Below are positions 35,087-46,126 of a stretch of DNA of 64,000 bases, in pieces. The notes under the pieces were generated by a model, which saw nothing but the letters and a program-made list of their open reading frames with translations, did no database searches and was not told the DNA's origin. The position numbers and the translations under genes were made by a program. Source of the stretch: Octopus sinensis (Eukaryota); the NCBI RefSeq assembly GCF_006345805.1, contig NC_043014.1:25296001-25360000 (forward strand), written 5' to 3'. Positions within the stretch are counted from its first letter, which is position 1, and each line of letters opens with the position of its first letter.

Positions 35087-35199
35087 AGAGAGAGAGAGAG
35101 AGAGAGAGAGAAAAACAAGAACTGAAAATATTCAGATGAGTATTCATGCATAAGCATATAGATATTTACAAAATAGATTTACATGGAGTACAAAAAATA

Positions 35200-35920
35200 C
35201 AGAAATCTAAAGGGAGAGGGCTCGTAGTTCATGTCCGACAGCTGTTTCTGGGAGCTCAGAATTATGTAATAGTTATGTTGACAGATGGAGTATGTAAAAC
35301 GTTAAGGATATGTAAGTAGATTCATATAACTATTATCGTAGATCCTATCTCTGTCTTTAGAGTTGAGAGATAGGCATCTAAAATTACAGATCATAATGCA
35401 GTTAATTTAGGGGTAGAACGGATGAAGAAAGTAAATAGAAGTAGGTGGAAGGAGGAAGTAGGTGGTTTATAAGAATGAAATGTTAAAGCAGTGGAAGGGC
35501 AAAAAGAGATAGGAGAGGCAGAGCAGCGAAAGGGAGGTGGTGAGTAACCAGGAAATTGAGAGAAGTAGAAGTTGAGAGATGAGTGGGAAGAGATGGGATG
35601 GGTAGTATTGTGAAGGGCGACATCATTGTTGTGTGTGTTGACAACAGATATTAATCATGAATGATGAAAGCTATAGAATTGAGAAAGGGATGTAGTTATG
35701 ATGAGAGAAGTAAAATGTAGGTATTGAAATGAAGGGAAGGGTTCAAGTTATTGATACTGAGTGGGAAGCAAAGAATCAAGCTGGGTTGGCAGCAGAGGGA
35801 AAATATTGAAGTAGGTAGAGAGGTATGAGAATAAATAGAGATGGACAGAAAGGGAGGGAAATGCTGGTGGAAATGGCAAAGGGTAGGTAATGTTAAGTGG
35901 TTCTGGTTGTGAATGAAGTT
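35200..35920 (-). mobile_element. Very old non-LTR RT fragment (Jockey/I-like)
   Basis: Purine-rich plus strand. The minus strand gives decayed matches to YADDVAL-like (HNNDVAL) and KYLG-xx-LDSKL-like segments. Confidence 0.35.
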
Positions 35921-36002
35921 AGGAAGAGGTGAGGAAAAGAATTTGAAGGTGGAGTGATGATATAGAAGGATGTGCTAGGTAGGAGGAAAACACAAAGAGA
36001 TT

Positions 36003-36079
36003 CAATATATATATGTATGTATGTTTGTATGTATGCATGTATATATATATATATATGAAAATATATATGTATGTATGTG

Positions 36080-36137
<58 letters not shown>

Positions 36138-36150
36138 GTACATATATATA
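36003..36150. repeat. (TA)n/(TATG)n/(TG)n microsatellite
   Basis: Directly visible. Confidence 0.95.
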
Positions 36151-39100
36151 AGCACCAACATCTTCACTGACGCCTTAGCCAAAATTTTTTAATTTACATT
36201 CAGTAGAGTTATAAGCCTAAATTTTTTAATTTGGTCCCCCTTGATTTAGTTCTTTCTTAGCAGTGTCACCACTCCTTGACTCACAGAACTAAGAATTCTC
36301 GCATTCTGCTACCAGTTGTGGTAGATATCTATGAAGAGGCTACCAAACAAGTTTGGCATATAAAAGTAAAGTTCATAGGACAGGCCATCCTAACCAGGCA
36401 ATCTGCTCCCCATGTAGTTCATAATCACATACTGTATTTCTGTGGCTGTTATTGGTCTTTTGCAATGCTCAGCCTCCCTTGTCAAGAGTTGTGGCATACT
36501 GCTGTGGTTGTCACTGTAGTCTATCCAGCATTCTGAACTGCCATTTATTCCAGCAGTTGAGCAAAGTGCTACTGCAATGTAACACATGTCTATTCAGGCT
36601 CAAGTACCATGCACCCATTTTGGTGCACCAAAGACTGAATTGCGGCTTTGTTGTCACATCGCACCTTTGCCATTTGGGCTCATTAAGCAGCTTTCTTCCC
36701 TTCATTCTTAGAGCATGCATATTAGCTCTGACAATGCCTCCTTCATGCTTAGTGTTGAAAAATTGATCCAGGGCCTGTCTTGCCATGAGCACATTGGTTG
36801 TGATGCCTTTCCTAACTGCCTTCAAAGTTCCTCAGTTTTTCTCTATGCTAATCACTAATGCCTTGCTATCACTAATGCCTTGCTAAACTTAATCAATTCT
36901 ACTCTCATTGCCCTTTTCAGAGCAAACCATCATTTGCTGTGGACAACTGACCCCATCAACACCCACTTAACTAATTTACTTATCCAGTCTCTGAAAACTT
37001 GGCATTGCCAGGGGTGATGTGTTCAGCTTCTAGTTGCCAGAATCTTGCCTACAAAACCTATCTAGGTTGACAATGCAGATCACAAATTTGTGGTCTATGT
37101 AGCTGATGATTTTGAAAAGTGGACAACTTATGCTATCCTTATCTATTGGCCTACAGACTACTCTATCTAGATATGACCTAGATGACTTGATGTAGTTTGT
37201 CCATGTCCACACTGGTACATTTGGGAAATCTAGATGGTACCTGTCAGACAGCTGAAAACTTCTGAGCAGGTTTGTGAAGATTTTGCGCCCCACTCTTTTA
37301 ACAGCTAGCCTCACACAATCTAAACGTGTCCAACATAGCAGTCCCCTATCAGCACTAAAGGTTGAGATGTTCCAAGGAAAACTTCCAGATCTCTGAAGAA
37401 ATCCGGCTGTCCTGCCTTTGTTGGAATATAAACAGCCATCAGTCTGATATCACCCCTATCACCACTGTTTATATGCAGGACCATCAAGTTACCTCAGGGT
37501 TCAGGAAGATGGCTCTTATCTTGAGATTCAGGTATTTTTGCAAACGTCCCAGTTCCACCCTCTCTCATTCCCAGTTGACATGGAAAAAAGTAAATCTCAT
37601 ATCCACCAAAAATGGGCATGAAAGTTTGTTGAATGGAAAGTCTGGTTTCATTGATAGCCACTACATTAGTGACTTGAGATCATTGAGTAGGTGGCCCTGT
37701 TTCCAAAGAGACCCCAGACCACATGCATTTACACTGCCTATTCTGAACAAGACCATGTTTGTCAGAGAGGAGAGTGAAGAGAAACACTTAGCCTATTTTT
37801 GTGGAGAGACGAGTGTTCTGTCCTGGCTATTTGTGGATGTCTTTACAAATATTTCTTTATCAAGTCTTTTGTTTATGGTTCCATTCCTTTGGGATATTTT
37901 GTTTTCAGTTTGTTGTAAATTTGATGCTTTGTTTTTATAATTTTTCTGTTAATATGGGTGCTATGCATGGCTATGACATATTCATTTAGAGTAATGTCTA
38001 TGTTAATTTAGTGCTTGTTGTTTGTGTCTGTGACCATGTAATTGATGATGTCTTGGGAGTCATTGGTCTAGATTACTATGTGTTTTCATTTGTTGAAGGT
38101 GTTTGTAATGTTGGTGGTATTTGTTGGTGGTGTTGGAGATGTTTGTAGTTGTGTTGGTGTAGAGTGTGGGTGTGTGGTGGTTTGTTGGTTTTTGTGTCTC
38201 CTCTAGTCTCTTCGTTTTCATTTTGTAATTTCTTTTTCCTTTCACCAAACTGTTTTCATAGTGACAGAGGGAAGGTATGTCTGTGCAGTTGCATGTTTTT
38301 AGGCCAGTGGTCTGGTTGATTGGTGTGGGTGAGGTTTCTTTCAGTTGTGATGGTGCAGGTGATGTTATTGTTTTTCTCAGGTGTTGTACCAGTGCTTGCT
38401 GCTGCTGTTGAATAGATTTCTCCTATCTGTTGATGATGTTGTTGTTTTGGATGCTGCTGTCCTTTGTATTGATGCTGTTGGTGTATTGTTGCTGCTGCTG
38501 CTGTTCTTCTTTAAAGCTGATGTTGTTGTGGTAGAGGTGTCTGCAGCAGTGGGGTTTTCCTTTTCTCTGCATCGGGCAGAAAGCCTTTAAGTGGTTCCTC
38601 TCTCCACAAATGTGGCATCTCAGTTTTCTGTTCTTGACTACTATGAATAGCTGTGTACCATTAGGGAAATTGATCAGGTCAGGGATGACTTCAATACTTC
38701 CTATATCAATAATTCCTTTTCTGTGCTGGACCAATTTTCCTTTCTTGTTTTGTGCACCGGGAGAATTGTTTTATTCTCTATGCCATATAATATGGCTGTT
38801 ACCAACAAAGATATGTCCACTTCTGGTGTTACCTCTTCTACCTTTATTTTAACCACATTCAGACCAAAGTATGTCAGAATTAGCCACAATTCCTCACTTT
38901 TGAGGGATGTTTTGGACATTCTTTGGGTTTTTTTCCTCAGTTGGGAATCTCACCTCAACTGTCCCAAAGCATCTCCCATGGTTGACATAAGTTTTTATCC
39001 CCCAGATGGGTCTCAATTGCTGCTCACTCCAGTCTCCTAATTTTTGATGAAATACACTTGTAAATAATAGTTTTTTATTACTAGTATTTTCTCGTATATC

Positions 39101-39700
39101 CTTTGGAATGTCTAGAAATATTGTTCTGACATTCTTTGTCAAATGTGCTTTGGCATCACAACACTTTCTGATTCATCAACTCTCTCCATTCGATGACATG
39201 TTTGTGCAAAACCATTCCCTTTTTACTTAGAAATAAGAACCACCACTCTTTCTGTTGTATTGTTTGTGCTGTTGTTGGTGGTGTTGCTGGTACTAGTGGT
39301 GGTGGTGGTGGTGGTGGTGGTGGTGGTTGTTGGTGGTGGTGGTGGTTGTTGGTGGTGGTGGTGTTAGTGGTGGTTGATGGTGGGTGGTGGTGGGTGGTGG
39401 TGGTGGAAGTGGCAGTGTAAGTGTTCTTGCTAGTGTTGGTGTTACTTTTTGTTGACATTGTTCTCTTGTTTTTCCTGTGATGGTGAAAGCAGTGCCAAAA
39501 TTTTTAGCAGCAGAAAATTAGCTGCATACTTTTCTCTGCATACGTTTTGTGTTGCTGTTGTTGTTGTTCTTGTGGTTGTTGTTACTGCTGCTGTCCCTGA
39601 TTTTTACAATTTTGTTGTTCTGTTCTGCAGATAGCTGGCTGTTGTTTTCGGTGGACAAACAATCCTCATTCACTGTCTTCCATTTTTTAAAACAAAAATT
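36150..39700 (-). mobile_element. Element I: L1/Tx1-clade LINE (ORF1 + EN + start of RT), 3'-truncated
   Basis: ORF1 ATG near 39683, poly-Pro/Thr tract from (GGT)n at 39290-39420, HGRCFGTVEVRF and knuckle CHICGERNHLKAFC (38423-38734). ORF2 start MVLFRIGSVNACGLG (~37776) and YIDHKFV. Breaks off after KILAKAS. Confidence 0.9.
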
Positions 39701-40139
39701 GAGGGTCATGTTTATTAAGTAAACTGCAATATAGCTTCTAAGGCCTACAGTTTGTGAAAACTAACAATATCCCTAAAATTATGGTTAATTTATCTACAAA
39801 ATGATAACAAATGTTCAATAAATGATTTTGTATAGCAATAAAAATAAGAACAAACTTATGGGACCAATGTGCAATATATGTCGATAAATGAATAAACAAA
39901 ATGATCATGATCATGATGATAATAAACTAATACAACAGAAGACTCAAACCAAACCCCATGACAAAACATACTGATACAATACAATATACCCACCCCCAAG
40001 AAATGCAGTTCACACCACCCCACCAGCACAAAGGTACAACAACTAATGCAATAGAAAGTTGCTTGAAACTATCAGATGTCAAAAAATAATAGTGGTGATG
40101 TCATTGGTGATGGACATTACCTTACTGTAGTTTATAAGA

Positions 40140-43084
40140 GACAGGTGTTTCTGAAGAAACTCTGGTTGTAACAGCAAAAATGAAGCTGAACCTTTAAAGG
40201 AAGGCTTCTTGCTTGGCTCTGGTTCAGTGACTATGCAGACTGACCATGGTTGTTATCCTAATACAGCGTCAGCAGATAATGGAGTAAGGAGGAGGGAGTG
40301 GACCAGCAAAGAAAACAGGTTAGTGATACAGTGCTACTTATAAAGTGAACCTAAAAGAAGGGGCCATAGAAAACAGATGTTAACACTTTGGGTAGAGAAA
40401 GATGTATGTTTAAAGTGACTGAGCAGAGATTAGTAGATCAAGCTAATGCTATTACGAGAAGAAAGTGGATGACAGAATTGGAGGTAGAAGAGATCATAAG
40501 AGAACTGGAAAAGAAAGACCAGGCAGTAGGAAAGACAAACAGCTACATAATAGATACTGTTCAAACCAAAGACGAACCTAAAGGAAAAAATAATAATAGT
40601 GCTACTAATAAGGAAAGGACAACTGGCACCAGTGACTTAAGAAGATTTTAGATGAGTTGCAGGAAGTAATGAGTAAAGAAGTAAGAAAAAGATTGCCAGC
40701 ATTAAAAGGCATCAACAGAAGGAAGTTACTAGAAATGATTAGGAAAAGTAGATTATGTTATCAGTAGGATAGATACTAACTTACTTAGGAGACACTAACT
40801 TACTGATCTTTGTAGGAGGGGTAGTAGTCACTAGAATATTAGATATTACACAGGAAAAAATCAAAAAAGAGCAAATGTGGAAAAGGAGACTACAAAATAA
40901 AGTGAGGATTTTAAGACAAGATCTGAGTAGAATAGAAGCCTGGAAACTGAACAAGTTAGGAAACACAAGATGCAAATCTTCTCTTGAGAAAAGATAGTCA
41001 AAGAAAAAGGACTTGGGACAGTAATAGAAGAGTTGAAACAAAGTATCATAGCAGGTAAGCTCTCCAGATATTAGAAAACAATAGATCAGTATCCACAGAA
41101 GAAATTATTTGAGACAGACCAGAGAAGATTTTATACCCAAATAAATAAAATGGTGAACGAAGTACTGAAGATGAGAAACCTAATGCAGAAGAAGCTAGAA
41201 AGTTCTGGAGTAATATTTGGGATAAGCCAGTCAATCATAATAGAGATGCAGTATGGTTAAAGAAAGTGAGGGGAGAAATAGCGAGTGAGAAGCAACCAGA
41301 TCTAAGGCTAACTAATGCATTAATGAGTAAAGTGTTAGGAAAAATGTTGAACTGGAAGGGCCCAGGACCAGATTTAGTTCAAGGGTACTGGCTACAGATA
41401 TTAAGTAATTTACATGGCAGGCTGAGGGAACAACTTCAGGATTGCCTTAATGGAGGAATAATACCATATTGGATGACTAGAGGGAGGACATTACTCATGA
41501 AAGATAAAAGTAAGGGTGATACAACTAGCAACTATAGACCAATCACTTATTTACCATTAGTGTGGAAGCTGTATACAGGCATGCTTTCAGAAAGCATTTA
41601 TGGGCACCTTGACAACCAGAATTTACTGCCAGAAGAACAGGAAGGTTGCAGGAAGACTAGAGGAATGCATGGTCTATTATACATAGACAAAGCAGTTCTA
41701 AATGAAGTAAAAGCTAGAACGAAAAAATTAACAATAGCATGGATGGATTATAGGAAAGCCTATGACATTAGCACACACTCATGGATAAGTGAATATTTGA
41801 GTATATTCAGTTTAGCAAACAGTTAGAGAATTAATTAACTGTAGCATGAAGAAATAGAAAGTAGATCTCTACTCAGGTGACACACTCTCAAGGAAAGTTA
41901 ACATCAAAAGAGGAATTTTCCAGGGGGACTTGTTGTCCCTTTTAATATTTGTCTTATGTTTGATCCCCCTCAGTTTAGTATTAAGGGCAGCAAAGATAGG
42001 ATGTCATTTCAGAAATAGTAAGGGAAAAATTAACCATTTGCTCTACATGAAAAAGAGATAGATTCCTTAATACAGACTGTAAGATTCTACAGCAAAGATA
42101 TAGGCATGGAATTTGGCACAAATAAGTGTGCAATATTAGTCTTGAGAAGGGAACAGGTAGTCAACAGATTCTAATGCTGGAGGTGTACTATGGTGGCAGC
42201 TGTTTACAACCAGTGAACTAAGGTAACACTCCTTATTTTTCGAGCACCATCTGGAGTATTCAAGCGGTTCCTAGCAGTGCTGTTTTCTGCAAGTGCCCCA
42301 TGTATTGCCTGGTAGATTCCCAAAGATAGTTACAGCAAGTAGTAATAGTGAGACATGGCTATGGTTACAGAAAGGAAAGCTGAAAAGGGAGACAGAAAGT
42401 TTGTTAGTAGCTGTACACGATCAAGCATTAGAGACTAATTGGATAAAAGCCAAGATGACAAAAACCAAGTAGATTCCCATTGTAGGTTATCCAAACCAAA
42501 AGAGGAAAGCGTTACTCATATAGTCAGTGAATATAGCATACTGGCACAGGAAGAATACAAGAAAAGACATGACAACCATGGGAGTTATATAGAAAGCTAG
42601 GATTTGAACATACTAATAAATAGTATAAGCTTGAACCTAGTAAAGTACTAGAAAGTAAGATGTGTGGGACTTTAACATTCAGACTGACAGAGTAATAGAA
42701 GCTAGAAGGCCTGATTTAGTAGTAGTAGATAAAGACAATAGAAAGTGTCAGATAATTGCCTTTACAGTCCCAAATGATGGAAAGATCAATATGAAAGGTA
42801 CAGAAAAAATAGCAAAATACCAGTACCTAGCCATAGAATTACAGAGACTGGAAAGTGCAGGTAAAATGTATCCCAGTAGTTATAGGTACATTGGGAATTA
42901 TCCCTAAAGATCTCAACAGATGGATAGAGGAAATATGCATAAAACTCATTTTAGTACAGCTCTAGAAAACAGTGTTATTAGGGACAGCTAGGATACTTAG
43001 GAGGGTTCTTAGCATCTAAGGTTACTTGCTGTTGTCCCATGTTAGGATTTTTTCTTTTCCAACACTCTAATCTGTTGTGTGTAT
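40140..43084 (+). mobile_element. R4/Dong-clade LINE D1, near full-length with internal deletion
   Basis: N-terminal WTSKEN...EQRLVDQANAI region. RT NYRPITYLPLVWKL, AWMDYRKAYD and FQGD. RLE motif IEARRPDLVVVDK (42662-42907). Followed by (AAT)n at 43085-43173. Confidence 0.9.
42168..42296 (-). mobile_element. Inverted 3'-end fragment of another Dong family inside D1
   Basis: Reverse complement closely matches 45598-45722 (GCACTTGC.GAAAACAGCACTGCT...GTTACCTTAGTTCACTGG). Confidence 0.9.
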
Positions 43085-43093
43085 ATAATAATG

Positions 43094-43166
<73 letters not shown>

Positions 43167-43202
43167 ATAATAATCATAAGGAAGAAAGAAAAGTCGATAG
43201 AT

Positions 43203-43239
43203 AGGTGTAGGAGTGGCTGTGTGGTAAGTAGTTTCCTTA
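43203..43239 (+). mobile_element. 5' head (A box) of a tRNA-derived SINE split by element J
   Basis: AGGTGTAGGAG-TGGCTGTGTGG-TAAGTAGTTTCCTTA. The SINE resumes at 45083. Confidence 0.85.
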
Positions 43240-45082
43240 TGCTTGTCGTAGACGGACGTCTTTTTTTCGGCTACTTGATGTCATGTCTTTCGTCGTGAAA
43301 TATTGAACTTTGAGGCTCGACTACAGGTAGGTGTTTGTTGTATATTTTTGAGGGCTTAGTGGAGTTTGTTGCCCTGTATTGAATATTTTTTGGTGAGCAA
43401 CAGTCTCCACTCTGCTCCAGACATTTGCCTGCCTGTGGTCGTGCATGAAGACTCACTTTGCAGTGAGAATTGTATTTTTTTGAGGAGGCATAGCCCCTAC
43501 ACAAAAATTAATTTGTTTACGAAAATTGTCTTCTTGTCTGTGAATTTCCACTGGATTACCAAGGAGTACCAAGGCAGGAAGGACTATTTTTGCAGCTGGA
43601 GTACCTGTATCGGACTTGTGGAATTGTGTTGCCGTTGATTGAACTGTCTTCCTTCGTTCTTTTCTCTGCTCTGTCTTTCCGTTCTTTTTTTGTGTTTATT
43701 ACTGAACTTTTATTTAGAACATTTGAACTTTTGTTGAACTCTTTTTTGTTTCTTTGTGTTTTTAAATCATGGCTACAAGGAAAACCACTGTGCTGGAGTG
43801 GGAAATTGTGCCCCACAAGCAGTGGATAGAGGACTGAAATGAGAGAATGGTGGTGTTGAGGACATACTCCAAGTCACTCGACACCATCACTGTGTTCTCT
43901 CAGGACGAAATTGAAAAAGAGTTGGTAGAATACCTACCAACTATCAAGTATATTGCAAGGGTTGTCAAATTTGCAACAGTGTGGTTACTGTTTGACACCC
44001 CTAAAGAGGCTAGCTTGTTTGCTAGTCAGCCCCTGAAAGGGGAAAAAATTTTGTTTCTCCCCTCATATCAGGGAAGGAAATTGACAAGAGGCTGGGTGAG
44101 TGGCCTGCCACCCGGAATAGAGCCTGAGTGGATAGAGGATACTATCTGCCAGAGTCTGGTGGCAACGGAGCCTGGCTCTTGAATGTTAGAATGCTTCCTG
44201 TGGCTCATTGGGTGGGGTCAAAAGCAATTTTGACCTTATGGACCCAATCAGCCAAAGATCTGGTCTTCCCAGATTTTCTAAAGATGGCCGGTTCTAGGGA
44301 TCCGGTGACTCTTGAGGGATGCCCCCCCCCCCAAGTGTCACCTGTGCCTGTTATCGGGTCACATCAAGAGGAAGTGCCCCAACAACCATGCAAGGGCACT
44401 GGAAAAATTAATACAGGAGGATGTTTTTCCTCCAACGGAGCCTCCTGAGCATTTAAAGGAGGGAGGTGTAGAAAAAGTCGAGGAGGAGGTAACCCCCTCG
44501 AAAGGAAAAAAAGAAAGAAGGTGGACAACAATGGTTGCCCACCGATGGATCCTGTGGTGGCGGGAGGGAAGGAGGGACCTATGGACAAACTGGAGGAGCC
44601 TCACTCTCTCGAACCGAAAAAGGGGAAAAAAAGAAAAGAAAGAAAAACGGGACATTGCCGGCGGTTGCTGGTGCACCGGCAGCATGTTCCAAAACCCCTT
44701 CAGTGGAACGTGAGCCACCAGAGTGAGAGGCTCTATCAGAAGGAATTGTGCTTTCCTCTTTCCGAGCCCCGACCTGCCAATGCAGGCTTTCCTGCAGGCA
44801 CCGTGTCATTTGCTTAGGGGCTCCGATGAGGAGGATTGATCTTATAGATTGTGTGTATATTGAATAATTTATTATATATATTTGTAATGGACTATTAAGT
44901 CCAATAATTGTCGTTTTTGATGGAAAAAAAAGAACAATGTTTTAGAGAAGCAGAAAATCGGTGGGCATTTTCTGCCTTCTCTCATCAATATCATCCTTGT
45001 TTCCTCATTCACCTCATCAATGTATATGTCCAGCCCACAAGCTACTCTTTGTAATGCCTTTATGGCAAATCTTAATGAAATA
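43240..45082 (+). mobile_element. Element J: complete TSD-bounded ORF1-only Tx1-clade retroelement (1843 bp)
   Basis: 14-bp TSD AAGTAG(T/C)TTCCTTA at 43226-43239 and 45083-45096. About 530-bp 5' UTR. Frameshifted ORF1 43769-44817 (YIARVVKFATVWLLF, LPSYQGRK, knuckle CHLCLLSGHIKRKC). 265-bp 3' UTR ending AATAAA. No EN or RT. Confidence 0.9.
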
Positions 45083-45455
45083 AAGTAGCTTCCTTACGAA
45101 TCACATGGTTCCAGATTCAGTCCCACTGCGTGGCATCTTGGGCAAGTTTCTTCTACTATAGCCTCAGGCCGACCAAAGCCTTGTGAGTGAATTTGGTAGA
45201 CGGAAACTAAAAGAAGCCCGTCGTATAATATGTATATATATATGTGTGTGTGTATATGTTTGTGTGTCTCTGTTTGTCCCTCCAACATTGTTTGACAACC
45301 AGTGCTGGTGTGTTTACGTCCCTGTAACTTAGCAGTTCAGCAAAAGAGGCCGATAGAATAAGTACTAGGCTTACAAAGTCCTGGGATCAATTTACTTGAC
45401 TAAAGGCAGTGCTCCAGTATGGCCACAGTCAAATGACTGAAACAAGTAAAAGAGA
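45083..45455 (+). mobile_element. Remainder of the split tRNA-derived SINE (B box, body, 3' tail)
   Basis: GGTTCCAGATTCAGTCCC B-box region, CTTCTACTATAGCC...GACGGAAAC, (TA/TG) middle, and tail GTGCTCCAGTATGGCCACAGTCAAATGACTGAAACAAGTAAAAG. Confidence 0.9.
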
Positions 45456-45730
45456 GATATGACAAGTTAGCTTGGGAGATTAAGCAGTTGTGGTTGATGT
45501 AAAATGTAGTAGTAGTACCTATAATTGTTGGAGCCCTGGGAACATGAGTAAAAATTTGAGAAGTACATGGAACAAATAGGTGCTGCAATAAGGGTGGAGC
45601 ACTTGCGGAAAACAGCACTGCTTGGAACTGCTTGAATACTCCAGATGGTGCTCAAAAAATAAGAGGTGTTACCTTAGTTCACTGGTAGTGAACAGCTGGC
45701 ACTATAGTACATCTCCAGCAAAGACAATAA
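45456..45730 (+). mobile_element. R4/Dong 3' fragment D5 (D2 family)
   Basis: YDKLAWEIKQLW...VPIIVGALG...KTALLGTA matches 48703-48880. Ends in AATAAATAATAAT. Confidence 0.88.
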
Positions 45731-45739
45731 ATAATAATC

Positions 45740-45870
45740 CTTATTACTAAAGGCACAAAGCTTGAAATTTTGGGGGAGGAACTAGTCGATTATATCGGCC
45801 CCAGTACATAACTTGCATTTATTTTATTGACACTGAAAGGGTGAAAGTTGACCTCAGTGGTATTTGAAAT
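45740..45870 (-). mobile_element. SINE fragment (GGCGGCGAGCTGG family), antisense
   Basis: Reverse complement contains GAGGTCAACTTTCACCCTTTC and GTACTGGGG.CGAT.TAATCGACT. Confidence 0.7.
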
Positions 45871-45980
45871 ATAATAATATTAACAACAACAACAACAACA
45901 ATAAAAGTAATGCTGCTGGTGCTGCTATTACTACTACTACTACTACTGCTACTACTACTACTACTACTACTTCTTCTACT

Positions 45981-46075
45981 GTCGCACACATATGGTTGTG
46001 ATGCATGTGCCTGGTGTACTGGGCTTCGTATATTTTACCCCAGTGTCACTTTGATGGCATGCACTGCTCTCACTC
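45981..46075 (+). mobile_element. 5'-truncated copy of the 560-bp (AAT)n-anchored repeat
   Basis: Matches the reverse complement of 12881-~13010 with a ~30-bp internal deletion. Followed by (AAT)n at 46076-46124. Confidence 0.85.

Positions 46076-46124
<49 letters not shown>

Positions 46125-46126
<2 letters not shown>

Noticed and set aside
39156-39458. ORFs with poly-Pro/poly-Gly tracts, and similar poly-Ile/Tyr/Asn ORFs at 2408, 13384, 28151 and 63271
   Set aside because: They are translations of microsatellites, not evidence of genes.
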